In this document: positions 27,951 to 42,968 of the stretch, piece after piece
How the letters are laid out: every line of letters starts with the position of its first letter
Position numbering within the stretch: the first letter of the stretch is position 1
NCBI RefSeq assembly: GCF_009914755.1
Contig: NC_060927.1
Origin: the human T2T-CHM13v2.0 reference genome, Homo sapiens
DNA length: 64,000 bases
Strand: one strand, 5' to 3'
The notes under the pieces: generated by a model
The model's input: the letters and a program-made list of their open reading frames with translations, nothing else
What the model was told of the DNA's origin: nothing
Database searches by the model: none
Made by a program: the position numbers and the translations under genes

Positions 27951-29096
27951 CAAAATAAAACAAGTACAAAAGTAGGAGTTTCCTTAAGAATTTTTAAACT
28001 ATGGTTTCTAAATTTTAGTATTTCTTTATAGCAATATAAAGAAGAAGTATTATAGCAATAATCTTAGGAAGATATAATTTAGAAATCATAACAAAACTTT
28101 TCATTAAAACTATTTCTATAGTTATATAAAATAAATGACATATAAATTAACACATTTTCTTTGGAAATTGATAAGTAAAAATTTTTGCTAAATTTTCTTC
28201 AGTAAAATTTTATGGAAAATGCAGTGAGCTCTTTCTGAGTTCTTTCTAGAAGCCTTGTTAGCTTGTTAGCTTGTTGTCCTTCTGTAGAGTTAGAGATCAT
28301 TTAAAAGTTGGAAGAGACATGGTTTCTACAAATAGAACCAAATGGAAACTGTTGGGAGAAGAATATTATCTTCCCTCAGCCATTCTGAGAGCGGCAATGA
28401 AGTTAGGTTTTATTTAATGCAGATGTGCCATCACTAATTTTCCATCTGAAGATGTACTTGACAATGATCTTACATGCACAATCTTGCAACATTAGTGTAT
28501 TTCACCCAGCTGACCACGGAATCCTTGTGTGGCCAGGGAGACCAGAGACCATGTTGCCTTTGGAAGTGAGAGAAACTCTGAGGAAATCCATGGTAAATCC
28601 TTCCATAGTAAACCTCTTCACTGTTCTTTGGCCACAGAAGAAGGATTTGCAACTACACTTGTCTGCGACTTGAGGAAGCAGAGTGTGCTCTCTTATTTCA
28701 TAGTCTTTGAAATATTACAAAATTTTTCACTTTTTATGTCATGCCAACTAGAAAAAAGGGTTTTTGATGGGAAAACCACTGCCTAAGCCATTGCCAAAAG
28801 TGATGCAAATGAACCCTAAATGACTCTGCAGGGTGATTTAAATTTCTTACTGAAGTAAATGGCTATAGACTTTATCCTAGTCATTCTTTTACTAATTAAT
28901 CCAAAGGAAAGGTTTTCTTTTTCAGTCACAGCTAGGAATATATTGCTTTGAAAACTTATGATGTGTTTTTTAGAATGTCTTCAGTGGTGACCAACTTTTG
29001 CCCTTTGAAAGAAAGAGTTTACTTTTTTTTTAAGAATAAAATAAAAAATTATTGGAAACTGGTTTTGGGAAAAAGAGTGAATGATCAAGTTGGGTA

Positions 29097-29405
<309 letters not shown>

Positions 29406-30447
29406 AGTTGAGTAATTTAAAAAAAAATGAAAACAAGAAAAGATTATAAAATAAAATGGATGACTTTATAGTGCAGCTGGTGTTTTGATTACCAGAGGAA
29501 GAGCCCTTGAAATATTTCAAACAATGCAAGCATTATTGGAATGGTCCCTGATGAAAATCTGTTAAAGATAACATTTAGTGGAGTGCAAACATTTTGATAT
29601 ATATCACAATAATACCTCAAGTAAAAAAGATGACATGGAGTAAGATAAATTTACCATGGTTGCACAGGAAAAAAATGTGAGAGTGGAGGCAGTATTCATG
29701 ACCAAGGTGTTAGGAAAAGCATCATGCAGAGATGGCTCAGATTTTGATCTTAAAGAATGGGTAAGATTTAGATGTGTAGAAAAGAAACTATTTCATCCCA
29801 TGGACAGAAACAGAAGGAGGGTAATGCAACATATATGTGTGAGATAGAAAGCAGATAAATTTGACTGAAGTAACGTTTTCATATAAAGAAGAAGTAAGCA
29901 ATAGGGATCACTAAGAATATTGTGGTAAATTTAGATTTGGGTGCTTGGCTAGGGAGCTCTAATTTATATTATGATCAATGGCAAGTCACTGAAGGTTTTT
30001 GAGTACAGTGATGGTGTAGGGAAAAGACATTAGGAAAGTTGATCTGGTAGCAGAATGGATTAGAGAGAGGAGTGAACTGGAGAAAGGGAGGCTACGTGTA
30101 GATTCTAATGGTGGAAGAGATGTGAAATGAATCTGCCTTGTGATGGCCATCATGTACTGTTGGATGGGAAAACATGATGCAAATGCACATTTCTCATTCC
30201 CAAAATGTCAGAACATTCGGCTAAAAGAAAAGATACATGTTGGCATAATGCATCAAGAAATATGCAATATTTCTGTATTTTTTTCTATAATTTATTTATG
30301 CAATAGGAAAAAAAGTGGGAAAACATTAATTCTGCTATTAGGCAACCAGAGTAGAGATTCAAAAATATAAACATCTTAGTATGCTACAAATATTCTTTGT
30401 AAAAAGCATTAAAATTTTGTTGTATTTGATGATTATAATTATTTTAC

Positions 30448-30525
30448 ATATATAAAAAATATATAAATATAAATATATAATATATTTATATAAAAATATA
30501 TAAATATATATATTATATATATATT
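30448..30525. repeat. AT-rich (TA)n low-complexity tract
   Basis: Run of only A and T. Confidence 0.9.
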
Positions 30526-31284
30526 TACCAGATACTAAAGATAGTTCCTTAACTATCTTTAACTAGTACTTATTACTAGTTGCAAGGCACCATGCTGAAA
30601 GTTGTGAAGGAGAAAAAGGGAATCATAAATAGAAATTACCTTTAGGGAGTTAACGATCTAGAAGTGGGAGTTGAACTACACCTGGATAAGAAGAATGCAA
30701 GGGCTAAAGTGCAAAGTTCCTTCTAGAGAAAAAATGCTAAATAGGTTGGAGAGATAATATTTAGCTCTTTAGGGAAGGCTTGCTGGAGAAATGGCACTTA
30801 AGCCTGGCCTGGAAAAATATATAAGATTGGCTATGAAGTCCTGGAAAGAGGAAGAATTTTGCTGTGCATTATTCTTTTTTGTTTAGACTGTTTTATGAAA
30901 GATGCAAAAATCCTGGAAATATTTTGGCAAATAAAAACACATCTTTCTCTTTTTTTAGCTTGCATAAATGTGCTATTATGTTTTATTACACTGGGAATGA
31001 TGTTTTAATAAAGACAAAAATTTAGCAAATTTTAAATGCAGTTTGTACCATCAAAAGAAGGAATTGAGTCTTTAAAAATATTTTTTAATGAAATTATATG
31101 TCTCCTGAAGTAGTAACAAAGTATAGTGGTTAAAAGCATGAACTCTGGAGACTACTAGGTTCAAATCTTGGCTCAAAATTTTACCAGTTGTATGACTTTG
31201 GGTCAATGACAGAACTTTTTTTCTTGCCTCAGTTTCCTTACCTATTAAAAGGGGGTTAGAGAAGTGTTTATTGTTTTGAGATTA

Positions 31285-31286
<2 letters not shown>

Positions 31287-31320
<34 letters not shown>
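31287..31320 (+). repeat. (CA)n microsatellite
   Basis: Pure AC run. Confidence 0.97.
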
Positions 31321-31322
<2 letters not shown>

Positions 31323-31344
31323 CACATACAAACGCACACACACA

Positions 31345-31790
31345 TGTAAGGGGCTGGGATTTGATTTCACCTTACTTATAAGCTAAATAAGACCTTTACT
31401 ATTTCATGGATGTTGGCAAATTAGACCCTTATTGTTTCATGGAAAGCTCCTGACAGAGACAAAGGACTTTGTTGTTGAAGGCACAGCAGGCAGCATGTGC
31501 ATCAGGTTTGCATCAGTTCCCTTGTCCTCCAAGTTCTAGGGGGATGATTCAGAGGATCCAGATAGCTATTATGCACTTGGTAAATTAGTGTTGCAGTCAA
31601 GGGACCCTGAGTTGGGGAATCCACCTCTTTTACAGCAGGCAGTATGCAGGTCTGCTCTTTGTCTCAATGGGAGATATCACCTCATTCCCCAGGGTTACCT
31701 ACTGCAAATACAACCCTGAGAATTGGTTTGGGTAAAGAGTGCTCAAAACCTTGAATTATTGATATATCTAGGGAGACTTATAATATTATG
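31345..31790 (-). mobile_element. ERVL-class LTR (LTR53/MER76-like)
   Basis: tgtaagggg start; cagagacaaaggacttt; ctgcaaatacaaccctgagaattgg...gggtaaagag. Subfamily uncertain. Confidence 0.6.
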
Positions 31791-32190
31791 AGAGACCTAT
31801 AAATTTAAAGTACTTAGAAACAATGTTGTGCACATTTTAAGTGCTCTCAGTGACACTATTATCATTACTGTTGACTAGTCTACATACTGTGTAATGCAGT
31901 GCTTTGAAAGAACAATTATCATGAAATAGTCACATCTAAACTTAATATAATGTTTGGGTATTGCAATATTTATCATATATTTAAGTGAAAAGAATTACAA
32001 AGAAATGTATTTTATGTAAATACATTTCTCAGATATATACTTGAACAAATCTGAAATCTTGTTTATAATCAGTAGCACATAACTGCTTTGGTTCCATTAG
32101 TCAATTTGACAGACGTTTAAACACTCTGTCAACATTTTATTAATTAAACCTAAGTATAACAATTAGCATGTAAAAAATGGTTCTAATTAA

Positions 32191-32475
32191 TTATTTTTTA
32201 ATTTTTTCCTTTTAAGACAGGTGCTCGCGCTGACATCCAGGCTAGAGTGTAGGGACATGATGATAGCTCACTGCAGCCTTGATTCTCCCACCTCAGCCTT
32301 CTGAGTAGCTGGGAACACAGGCACAGACAACCATACCTGGCTAATTTTTGTATTTTTTGTAGAGACGAGGTTTCACCATGTTGCCCAGGCTGGTCCAAAC
32401 TCCTGAGCGCAAGCGATCATCCTGCCTTCACCTCCCAAAGTGCTGGGATTACAGGCATAAGCCACCATGCCTGGC
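32191..32475 (-). mobile_element. AluJ with internal deletion
   Basis: Alu dimer; TSD ttctaattaa on both sides. Confidence 0.92.
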
Positions 32476-33381
32476 TTCTAATTAACCTCATGATGGCTTT
32501 CTGTGAGATAGGTAGAGGCTGCTACCACCATTTATGCATGGCAAATTATGTCTTTTTTTTTTTCTTTTGATTACCATGTTGTTTAAGACTTCGGGTTTTT
32601 GGGATATTTCACCAATGGTTGTACCTATGTAAAAATGAAAAGTCATCAGAAAAAAGATTTTTTCTGAAGACAAAGGCATATTTCTGACAAATATTTGAAA
32701 AAGAAAAGTATTAGGGACCATTTAGGAAGGAGGAAGACAAAGAAAAAAATAGCAAAAGTAGATAATACAGTACTGATAGAGAAAAAGATTTTGAAATGTT
32801 GAGTGTTTTGGCCATTAAATCTCAGAAAGAACTAGCATTAGGGAGATTCCTGACAGAAAAGGCAACTCAAAATTAAGAGCTGTGACTAAGAAAACCTTTT
32901 TTTAATAAATTTGATTTTATTGTAGGGGATTTTGAGAGAAAAGGGAAAGACTGCACAAACTTTCATGAAAAATGATAATATGAGAAACAAATATAAATTC
33001 TGGTTAGGATTTCATCTCAGAAAAAAAGATTGAGGAATGGGCTGAGGGAATGAATACGGCAGATCAGAAGAGACTGTTTGACCACAGGTGTAACTTAAGC
33101 TGCCTCAGCTACATTTTGCCTCTGGTCTGCTCTGGGTTTCAGCTCTTTCCAGTAGTTAAATTCAAGTAGTTTCTATGTGGTCTGTACCACACATTTAAAA
33201 CTGACTCATCATTAATAACACTCTTTGGAAGCCTTGTCCTGGAACTCCAAATTCCAAGAAATGTGCCCAGATTCAAAGTTTAAGTCTTAATGGCTGAGCT
33301 ATGGGAGATACTGTCTGTGAATGTAATAGCAGCAGAGATTTTTTTTTTAAGAGAGCTGTGAATAAAGATTCCATTATGTAA

Positions 33382-33686
<305 letters not shown>

Positions 33687-33774
33687 CTTTTTTTTTTTTT
33701 TTTTATCAACTCTTAGAATGTATGATAAACTATAGAACTGTGTAACATGTCTACCAAATTTGAGTTTTAGTAGC

Positions 33775-33995
33775 ATAGTAGGGTGACTATAGTTAACAAC
33801 AATATATTGAATATTTCAAAATAGCTAAAAGAGAAGATTTTAAAATATTCCCAACACAAAGAAATGATGAACATTCCAGGTGATATCCTAAATACCCTGA
33901 TTTGATCATTACACATTGTACTCATTTATCAAAGTATTGCATATACCCCCAAAAGATGTACAATTATTATGTACCAATAAAGATTTTTTAAGCAA
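33775..33995 (+). mobile_element. L1MA 3' end fragment
   Basis: agggtgactatagttaacaacaat...aaataccctgatttgatcattacacattgta. Confidence 0.85.
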
Positions 33996-34004
33996 AAATA
34001 AACA

Positions 34005-35170
34005 AGCAGAACGACAAGGACCTAAACAGACATTTCTCTTAAAAAGACATAAAAATGACCACTAGGTATATGAAAATGTACTCAACATCAGTAATCATCA
34101 GAGAAATGCAAATCAAAACCACAATGAGATAACGCCTCACACCTGTTAGAATGGTTATTATAAAAAAGACAATGGATAACAATTGTTGGCAAGGGTGTGG
34201 ATAAATAGGAATCCTTGCACACTGTTGGTAGGACTGTAAATTAGTACGGACATTATGGAAAACAGTATGGAGGTTACTCAAAAAATTAGAAATAGAACTA
34301 CCGAATGACCCAGTAATCCCCCTCTTCTGGGTATATACCCAAGGGAAATGAAATCAGCCCCCCACAGAGATATCTTCACTACCACCCTGCTCACTGCAAT
34401 ATTATTCACAATAGCCAAGACATGAAAGCAACCTAAGTGTCCATTGATGGCTGACTGGATAAAGAAAATGTGGTATAGACCAAACATTCTTAAAATTAAA
34501 ATATATCATATATTTCACATACATAACATAATGGAATAATATAGTGTTATATAATATTATATATTTATAATAGCATCAATACTCTAATATATTATTATAT
34601 TCTATTATAGAATAAAAATGATCTATATATTATATACATAAATATAATGGAATCTTATTTGGCCTTAAGAAAGAAGGAAATCCTGTCATTCGTGACAACA
34701 TGAATGAACATGGAGGACATTATGCTAAGTGAAATTAGCCCCAGAAACAGAAGAAAATATACTGAGTGATCTCACTGATATCTGGAATCTGAAAAAAAAA
34801 AAAAAGGTGAAGTACATAGAAACAGAGAATAGAAAGGTGGTTACTAGGGGAAGGAGAAGGAGAAGGAGGAGGAAATGGAAAGAAATAGATTAAAGGGTAC
34901 AAAGTTGCAGTTACGTAGTGGAATGAATAAGTCTAGAGATCCAATGTACAACATGAGGAATACAGTTAATAATATTGTATTGTATTGTATATTAGAAATT
35001 TACTGAGAGTAGATTTTAGGTGCTCTTACCACACACACACACAAAAGAGGGTAGCTATTTGAGATGATGGGTGTGTTAATTTTCTTGACTGTTGTTACCA
35101 TTTCACTATGTACAAATGTATTAAAAAATCACATATACCTTAAATATATGTAATTTTTGAAAAGACAAAA
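34005..35170 (+). mobile_element. L1MA ORF2 end and 3' UTR
   Basis: gaaatgcaaatcaaaaccacaatgagat, gaggacattatgctaagtgaaat, agtagattttaggtgctcttaccac; AT-rich insert at about 34490-34640. Confidence 0.9.
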
Positions 35171-36239
35171 ACCAAAAAGCCAAATGTGGTCATATGAATG
35201 GTTCAATGGGCTTTGCTGAGCCATGGGTGACAATTAGATTGCTACTGTCACTATTGTAAATTTTTAAAAACAGTAACATAAAGCAATAGACAAAACAATG
35301 TTTTCATGGGAGCAGGCATATCACTGAATGCCCATTTACTAGATGCCTAGGAGACCCTGTGTGAGATGCTTCCTATAAAGTTTGTTTATAATTAGATGCG
35401 TCAGACATAATGTATTTTTAAATGTTTATTTGCATGCTTGACAAAGGATAAACAAAACAAAAGGCAAAATGACAAACCAAAAATGCTTTCCATATAAGGA
35501 AGTCCATTCTAGTGAATTCAAAACAAAGATATTATGGTGTTTATGTGTGTGTGTGTGTGTGTATTGTGTATGTGTTTTCTATGCATGTTCTTATGCGCTT
35601 TGGCCTTGCTACAATTGCCTATGTGTATCTTGTGTATCTACATCTTCCCTGACACCAGCGTCTTAGAGACGCCTTCTTTCTATTCCCAATCCCTAAGGTA
35701 TCTTGTAATGCACTCCTTCCTTAGGTCCCAGTTACCTAGACCAGCATTGAACAATGGGCCCAATTTATGCTGGTCAGGTTTTCTCTCCCTCACCAGAACT
35801 GAAATTAGGTCACTGAGAAATGGGCACTAAGATGATGGGTGAGCATGTAAACTAAATGGATGTTATTAGGTGTCATATTGAGCCAAAGCTATGATATGCT
35901 AGCCAAAGTCGTGGTGGGAGTTTGAAATCGCAAGCAAGGTTTGAGACCTCACAGAAAGGTAAATGGTATGGCGAGCTGCCACTAACTGAATGGTGGAGAT
36001 GGGCCTTCCACACTCTGCCAGTAGTTCCTATGAGACTCCAGGCAAGTTGTGTAACTTCTCTGAGTTTCCGGGGTTTTTTTTTTTCAGTAAATAAATAGAT
36101 TGAAGCTGGCAGTTTCCACAGTTCCTTTATGATGTTAATTCTATCCTCCAAACACACGATTGTCTCAGATATAAACTACTTCAGAATAGTGAAGTAGTAC
36201 CAAATGAACCATTGACCTCACTCTACAAGTGTTCGACAG

Positions 36240-36550
36240 TATTTCAGAGCATGCATCTTTAGGCACTGTGTAGGTGTTGTGGACACAGTGAGGAAATGGA
36301 CACAGATTCTACTTCACGGGTCTTATGAATAACACACATTGATTAAATAATCACCCAAATGTCTAATCATGAACTTTGGTTAGTGCTACGAAGGACAAAT
36401 ATAGAGAGCTAGAACAGCACTAAAAAGGGGCTTGGTTGCTCTGGGATGAGATCAGAGCCAGCTTTTCTGAGGAAGCCCAGAGAGCTGGAGGATAAGTAAA
36501 TAAAGATGAGGAAGAAGAACATCCCTGGCATAAGGCCTGGTTTTGGCAAA
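36240..36550 (-). mobile_element. L2 fragment
   Basis: aggcactgtgtaggtgttgtggacacagtgag..., gcttttctgaggaag. Confidence 0.55.
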
Positions 36551-36699
36551 AGCCATAGAATTACCTAACAGTCATCATCAAAAATACACTCACATAGAAA
36601 CTTTAATGGTGTGCTCTTTTATTTTAGGTTGGCACATAGAAACCCATAAATGAAGGGAAATACCCTGGCATGCTCCAGTCCTAAAAACTACACAACACA

Positions 36700-37008
<309 letters not shown>

Positions 37009-37134
37009 CTACACAACACAGAGTTGTTTAGTTTGTGGAGGCACAAATTGAAATATTTTGGTGGAAAATTCTTCCTGGAACCCATGGAGAGAGCAATAGC
37101 AATAACAGAAATGTTACCTGCACAAATGAGTACT

Positions 37135-37136
<2 letters not shown>

Positions 37137-37176
<40 letters not shown>
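37137..37176 (+). repeat. (TG)n microsatellite
   Basis: Pure GT run of about 40 nt. Confidence 0.97.
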
Positions 37177-37179
<3 letters not shown>

Positions 37180-37510
37180 ACTTCAGTACTTGAAAAATAT
37201 TCATTTTTTTGCTTCTTCCCCCCACCGCCATCCCCTATTCCTGCCCTGGGTTTGTAGTGGATTGTATACCAGTGTTGGGATACTTAAGCCAACTTTTCCT
37301 GCAAATATTGTATGTACATCTGTATGAGCAAATTCTCATCAAGAAGAGCTGGCCTTTGGGCAATGTTTGTGAGCAAGTTTTAGCCTTTAGCTATAATTGT
37401 GCTTCCAAAAGTCTAAGCATCTCAGACAAAAGAGAAAACTCTTGATTGTTTGAATATGATTGAAATATGGTAGTACTGAAATGTTTGCTTAATTATTTGA
37501 CCCCCAAATG

Positions 37511-37849
37511 CAGTCATCTGTGAGTATCCATGGGGGATTGGTTCCAGAACCCTCTGAGGATACCAAAATCCATGGATACTCAAGGCTGTTATATAGAATG
37601 GTATAACATTTGCATATAATCTATGTACATCATCCCATGTACTTTAAATAACCTCTAGATAGTTTACAATACCTAATACAAGGTAAATGCTATGTAAATT
37701 GTTGTTACACAGTATTTAGGGAATAATGACAAGGGAAAAATATGTGTACATTCAGTATAGACACAACCATCTATTTTTTTTAAAATATTTTTGATCTTCA
37801 GTTGGTTGAATCCACGAATGTGGAACCCACAGATACGGAGTGCCAACTG
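37511..37849. mobile_element. MER2 (TcMar-Tigger)
   Basis: cagtcatctgtgagtatccatggggg ... cccacagatacggagtgccaactg terminal inverted repeats; TA on the right flank. Confidence 0.88.
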
Positions 37850-37949
37850 TACAAGTTTGGGACATTGTTAATACCATAGGTATCTAGTGAGTGGGTGATG
37901 GGCTCATTTGTATTTAACATCAAAGCTGCCATTTAATTGAAAAAGTTTA

Positions 37950-38560
37950 GCTTAACAATAAGTGAGTTCCTACTGTGTTCCAGGCATATTCTAGGGGCCA
38001 GGGAAAGAGGAACTAGATACAAGAAAGGCAACAGACTTCCAATGGTAGTAAATATAATCAAATGTTATCCATTCAAGAATAGAAGTGCTGAGAGAAGTGG
38101 TGAAATGGTGATTCCATGTGGATAGGGTGTGTGGAGAAGCAGCCAGGCTTCTCAGAAGGGATGAGTGCTGAGCAGTTTGCTGGCTGGCTGGGAGCCGTCG
38201 AGTGGAAAAGGAAGGGAAGGGCTCCAGGAAAGGGCAGCAGCAGCTATAAGGGGGTAAAACAGCTTGTGGTGTGTCAAGAAGTTGTTCAGAGTTGTTAGAG
38301 CAAAAAGTGCCTGTGCGTCTGGGGTGGGCGGGGCTGAGGGTTGGAGAGGAGGGAAAGGAGGCTGAGGATAGGCCAGCACCACACTAGGAGGAACTGGCCT
38401 GCGGGTTAAGGAGCCTAGCTTTTATTCTCTAGTCTAAGCAATAAAAATTTTTTGCAGGAAACCTTAAGCAGGGGAGTGACTGGTAACATTAGAGCTTAGC
38501 AATATCTTTGAGGCAGAATGGATTTGGTTGTCAAGATAACAGAGGCAAGAAGGTGGGGAG
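37950..38560 (-). mobile_element. L2 fragment
   Basis: cctactgtgttccaggcatattctagggg..., ttaagcaggggagtgac. Confidence 0.6.
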
Positions 38561-38577
38561 GATACTGGTCTTGAAAT

Positions 38578-38927
38578 CAGGGGTGGAAAATTACAGCCCA
38601 TGGGCCACATTTGACTTTATTGCGTCTTTTTTGTGGACCCAGAAGATAAAAGCTTTTACAAATTTTCAATGGACTTAATGATAGGAAAATCGAACTTTAA
38701 ACACTAATTAAGCAAAATATTCCTTCTGACAAAATAATTCTTCTTGTTAGTAGACATTTTTTTCTCAATTATTATTGCATTTTAAATTTTGTCAATTAAA
38801 GAATGTGGATATTTGTATTTTTTTTAAATATAAACACATAGATAATAAGTTTGATTTTGCCTCATGGCCCTCAAAGCCTAAAATAGTTACTACCTGACTC
38901 TTTACAGAATAAGCTGGCCCACCTCTG
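38578..38927. mobile_element. hAT-Charlie fossil (MER58/Charlie-like)
   Basis: caggggtggaaaattacagcccatgggcc ... ctctttacagaataagctggcccacctctg. Confidence 0.7.
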
Positions 38928-39294
38928 GTCTAAATGAAAGATGATTAGGACAGCATGGGAAAGTTGGAAACAGATCAAATAGAACCATCCAAGTATGAGT
39001 GGCTGTCCAAGGATATTAATGGGCTGGATATGTATTGATTGGTTTGGAGAATGCAGGAGTGTAATAAATGTGTTTTTGCTATGTGGACAAAGTAGTAAGT
39101 TGTCTGTATCATTTTCAGTTAATTGTAGTATCATGAAGTTGTAACTTAAGATCAATAACATTAATGCATTGTAAATGCATTTTTGTTTTCTATTTTTATC
39201 AGGTTTAAAGTTTTAAAGTTCATTCATATTGGCATTTTTTACTCATTTTCAGGTAGCTAAAACACAATTTCTTACTCTTTCATTTTAAAATGTT

Positions 39295-40020
39295 ATTTTT
39301 AAGAAGATAAGTAATAGTGCAGATGGTTTGAAAAAAATCTCAACAGTATAAAAAGATACACAGTAAAAAGTGAATTTCCATTTCACTTTGGTCTCCTAGT
39401 CCTGCTTACCAATTCTCTCCAGAGGCAAATTATTTTGCCAGTTTCTTATACTTCATGTCTACACGTATTATTTTTGTAATTCACAAAGTAATGTACTCTG
39501 CAAACTATACTGTATATTCCCTTAGTCAATTAATATGATTTGCAGTTACTTTCATATCACTTTCTATAGCTTTTTCTTATTCTTATTAAAAGCTGTGGAG
39601 TAGTCCAATGCATGGCTGCTGCAAAAAATAACAGTATACCTACATTTTTATGCATTTGTTATAGGATTTCTTCAAGAAAAATTTCTAGAAGTAAAATTTC
39701 AGTGCAGGGCATTTGTGTATTTTAACTTTGAAAATATTGTCGAATTGACCTCCAAAATTTAAATCAATTTATAACATCACCAATTATGTATTATAGTGTA
39801 TATTTTCTTACCTTTTTGTCAAAATGATATAATAGTCAACTTTCAAATCTTTGCAAGACTGATAGATGAAAAAATAAGGCATTTTCTTGTAGTCTTAATA
39901 AGTGCATTTCTCTTATTGCCTGAAGTTGGACATTGTTTCATATGTTTAAAGGTCATTTCCTTTTCTTTGAATTGTCTGTTCATGTTCTTGGCTCATTCTT
40001 CTTTTGGGTTAAGATTCTGT
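39295..40020 (-). mobile_element. L1ME-like 3' fragment
   Basis: tttctagaagtaaaatt, ttcatatgtttaaaggtcattt, gaattgtctgttcatgttcttggctcatt. Confidence 0.6.
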
Positions 40021-42314
40021 TTTAAAAATAAAACAATTCTTGAAAGTATTATGTCAAGGAAAGAAATCTTATTCAAGTCAAACTTTGTAGACAGGAAAAA
40101 AAAAAAAAGAAACAAACTGGTGTTGATCAAAGGTTTTGATGACTTTACCAGAAACAAGAATTTTCCCCACTTAGCTTCCTTTGATACCATATCCTGAGAG
40201 ATTCACACAAGTCTATGTGATCTATAATTAATATTTTGGTGACACATCTTCCCTATTGAATAATCAATTACTGGCTCAAACTCTAAATTAAAAACTTTGG
40301 AAGTTCAGATCCAGGGTAGAGGGAAAAATAAAATAAAATCTCTTTTACACGACAGTGCTAGTCCGAAAATGATTAGAATAATAGCAAAAACAGAAAGAAA
40401 ACTAGCAAATTTTAATTCATGCAGAACAATTGAAAATTATGCAAAAATATACATTTGAAACAAAAATGGAATTTGGAATTAAAAATAAAGTACACACGCA
40501 CACACACATGCTTATTTGAGTAAATTTTAAAGTCAAGTCTCATACTGCCTTGGAAAAACACACTTAACAAATAAGAAACTCTTGCTTTGGCTCAAAGAAC
40601 ATGTTTTAAATGAGACATATGCTTGATGACTAGACTGCTTTACTTGGGGCCTGTGTTCTTTGCCTATGCATAAAGTTTCATGAGGTTTAAAACATAGGCT
40701 AAAATCCAAAGTAAAGTTCCTCAGAGGTGTGAGTCTGAGCTCAGCACCTTTGTGATTCTTTCTGTCAATAAGTTGTTGAAAAATTACAAAGATCTACACA
40801 TGCACTTTGGTAAATACAACTGGTAATAGACACCCCAGGAACATGAGGGCATTAAACGAAATGAACTCTAAAATTCTGTGCTTATATGAGTAGGACCGTT
40901 AAGAGAAGCTCAATCCAAGCTCTGACATGTCTCCATGGGGCAGTTAGTGACAACCTTCAGAATCTTGTCTTTCCTGTATAGAAAAGGCTACCAAATGTCC
41001 TCACAAGTATGCTTTTTGGGAAATCTGAGATGTCAAACAGATGTCATCACTTAAGAAGCATTGCTATCAATCAAGTTAGCATCTTAAGATTTTTTTTTTT
41101 GCTTTTATCAGTGTTATTTAACTAGCAGCTCTTAAAAGGAAAACAAAGCTGGAAGCAGCCTAGAGGAATATTTACTGTGATAGTCTCTGCTAAGGAAAGC
41201 CTTTGTTGTGGATTCAAGAATCTGAGACATAAAGGGATTCTAAGACTAGAACTGGTTATTTTGGTTTTCTTCATAATAGAGCATTCGATATCATTACATA
41301 TGGAGAATTTATTGAATTGGATAATCCTTTATGCATTTAAAAATATATATATCTTTTCAGCTTTTAATAGTTTGTACTTTCATGCTCACGCAAAATTTGG
41401 CCTCAACCCACTATTTGATTTCCTGTGCTCAATCTTTATATTCTGAATCTAAGAAGCTAAACTTTTCCTTGGCAAATTATTATTCCAAGTGGCCCAATGC
41501 TACATGTGTGGCCTTCAAAACACTTTCTGGGTCAGCTTAGACAATAGTGACATGGTAATTTTTAAATTTTCAGTAAGAGATTGGTTTTGATTGGCTTATC
41601 ACATTTGTAAAAATGGTTTATCATATTTACACTACAATTTCATTTTTTGATCTCCTTTCTCTCCTTTCCACCTCTCACCATCTACTTTGTCCCTCATCAT
41701 CGGCTGATCAGCTGCCTGACCACTGAGACTCCTTAGCCCAAGGAGTTCCCTGCCACCCTCCTGCAGATGTCTTGCCCTCTCCATGCACCTTCATACTTCA
41801 TTTTCCCATCTTTGCTCTTTTAAGTGGCCAGGAACCTTTCTGAACATTATTGGGACAAGATGACAAGATAACTGAAGGGAATAGGTTCATGATTATCCAG
41901 TTGAGAAGAGATTTTCTTAAAGGTGTTTATATTGTTTGGAGTTTTTCTTTTCGTATTTTCTGGAGTGACTAAACTGTTCTTAGGTGCTCAGGTAAAGCGG
42001 TTGAAGGACAAATCTTGTATCAAAGCAAAACTCACTTGTCTTGTTTTCTGTTGTTCTATTTTCTTCCCTGCAATTATTTCATATCTTTTTTAAAACAAAA
42101 ATCAAATCTAGTCAATCCTGTGCTTTAAACCTTCCTCTGGTTCTTGCTCTTATTGTAAGAAAAAGCTTGAATTTGCTTAACAGGGCTTTCAGGTTGTCTG
42201 TGATCTGGTATTTCTCCTTACCATTTACTTACTCTTCTCACCAGTCCTAAGGAGGAGTGAAGGCCTTTCTGAAAACAGAAGGCCTCACTGTGGAACTCAG
42301 TTCTTTCTGTTCTG

Positions 42315-42490
42315 TAGGCCTGATCTTAAGCAAGTGACTCAACCTTTCTGTGCCTCAATGTTTTCATCTGCTCTTTGGAATAATAACCGAACCTATTCAT
42401 GGGGTGGTTGTGAGGATTAGATGAGAAAACATATGAAAAGATCTTAGAACAAGTCTGACATACAAGAAGTGCTAAGAAAGTGTTTGCTGT
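42315..42490 (+). mobile_element. MIR
   Basis: gcaagtgactcaacctttctgtgcctca...ggttgtgaggattagatgag. Confidence 0.8.
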
Positions 42491-42618
42491 TGTAAATTTT
42501 ATTTCAGTTCTTCTAAGAGGCTAGCTCCTTTTCCTCCAGGTCTTTCTACCAGCTCTTCTTTCTTTCTAGAACTTTCTCCCTTTATCACCATTATCTGTAT
42601 AATTTTAATACCTTCTTT

Positions 42619-42968
42619 GTATTAGGGATCTCAAGAGAAGCTGAACCAATCAGACGTATATATAGATAAACAGATCTATTATAAGAAATTGGCTCATACA
42701 ATTATGGGGATAGGCAAGTTCCAAGATCTACAGTGTGAGTTGGCAAAGCTGTAGACCAAGGAGAGCTGATGGTTACTTTCAATCTAAGTCTGAAGGCCTG
42801 GGAGCCAGGAGAGCTCATGATGTGGTTCTCATTCAATGGCTGATAGGTTTGAGACCTAGAAAGAACTGATGTTTCAGTTCAAGCCTGATGGCAGGAAAGA
42901 AGCTGATGTCCCAGTTCAAAAACAGTCAGGCAGAAAAAATACTTTCCTCCTGGGGGATGGTCAGCCTT
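42619..42968 (-). mobile_element. MLT2 (B-like) ERVL LTR, partial
   Basis: tgtattagggatctcaagaga...tattataagaaattggctcatacaattatgg...aagtctgaaggcctg. Confidence 0.8.

Larger units (their letters stand above)
31110..31860 (+). mobile_element. MIR split by (CA)n and an LTR
   Basis: gtatagtggttaaaagcatgaactctggag...gcctcagtttcct; resumes near 31795 (aaagtacttagaaaca...aagtgctc). Confidence 0.7.

Noticed and set aside
39796-40197. 133-aa ORF
   Set aside because: Lies mostly on antisense old L1ME sequence, has a non-ATG start and has no recognisable domain.
42256-42289. Short hairpin agtgaaggcctttctg-aaaa-cagaaggcctcact
   Set aside because: Short and needs two bulges; no evidence of function.
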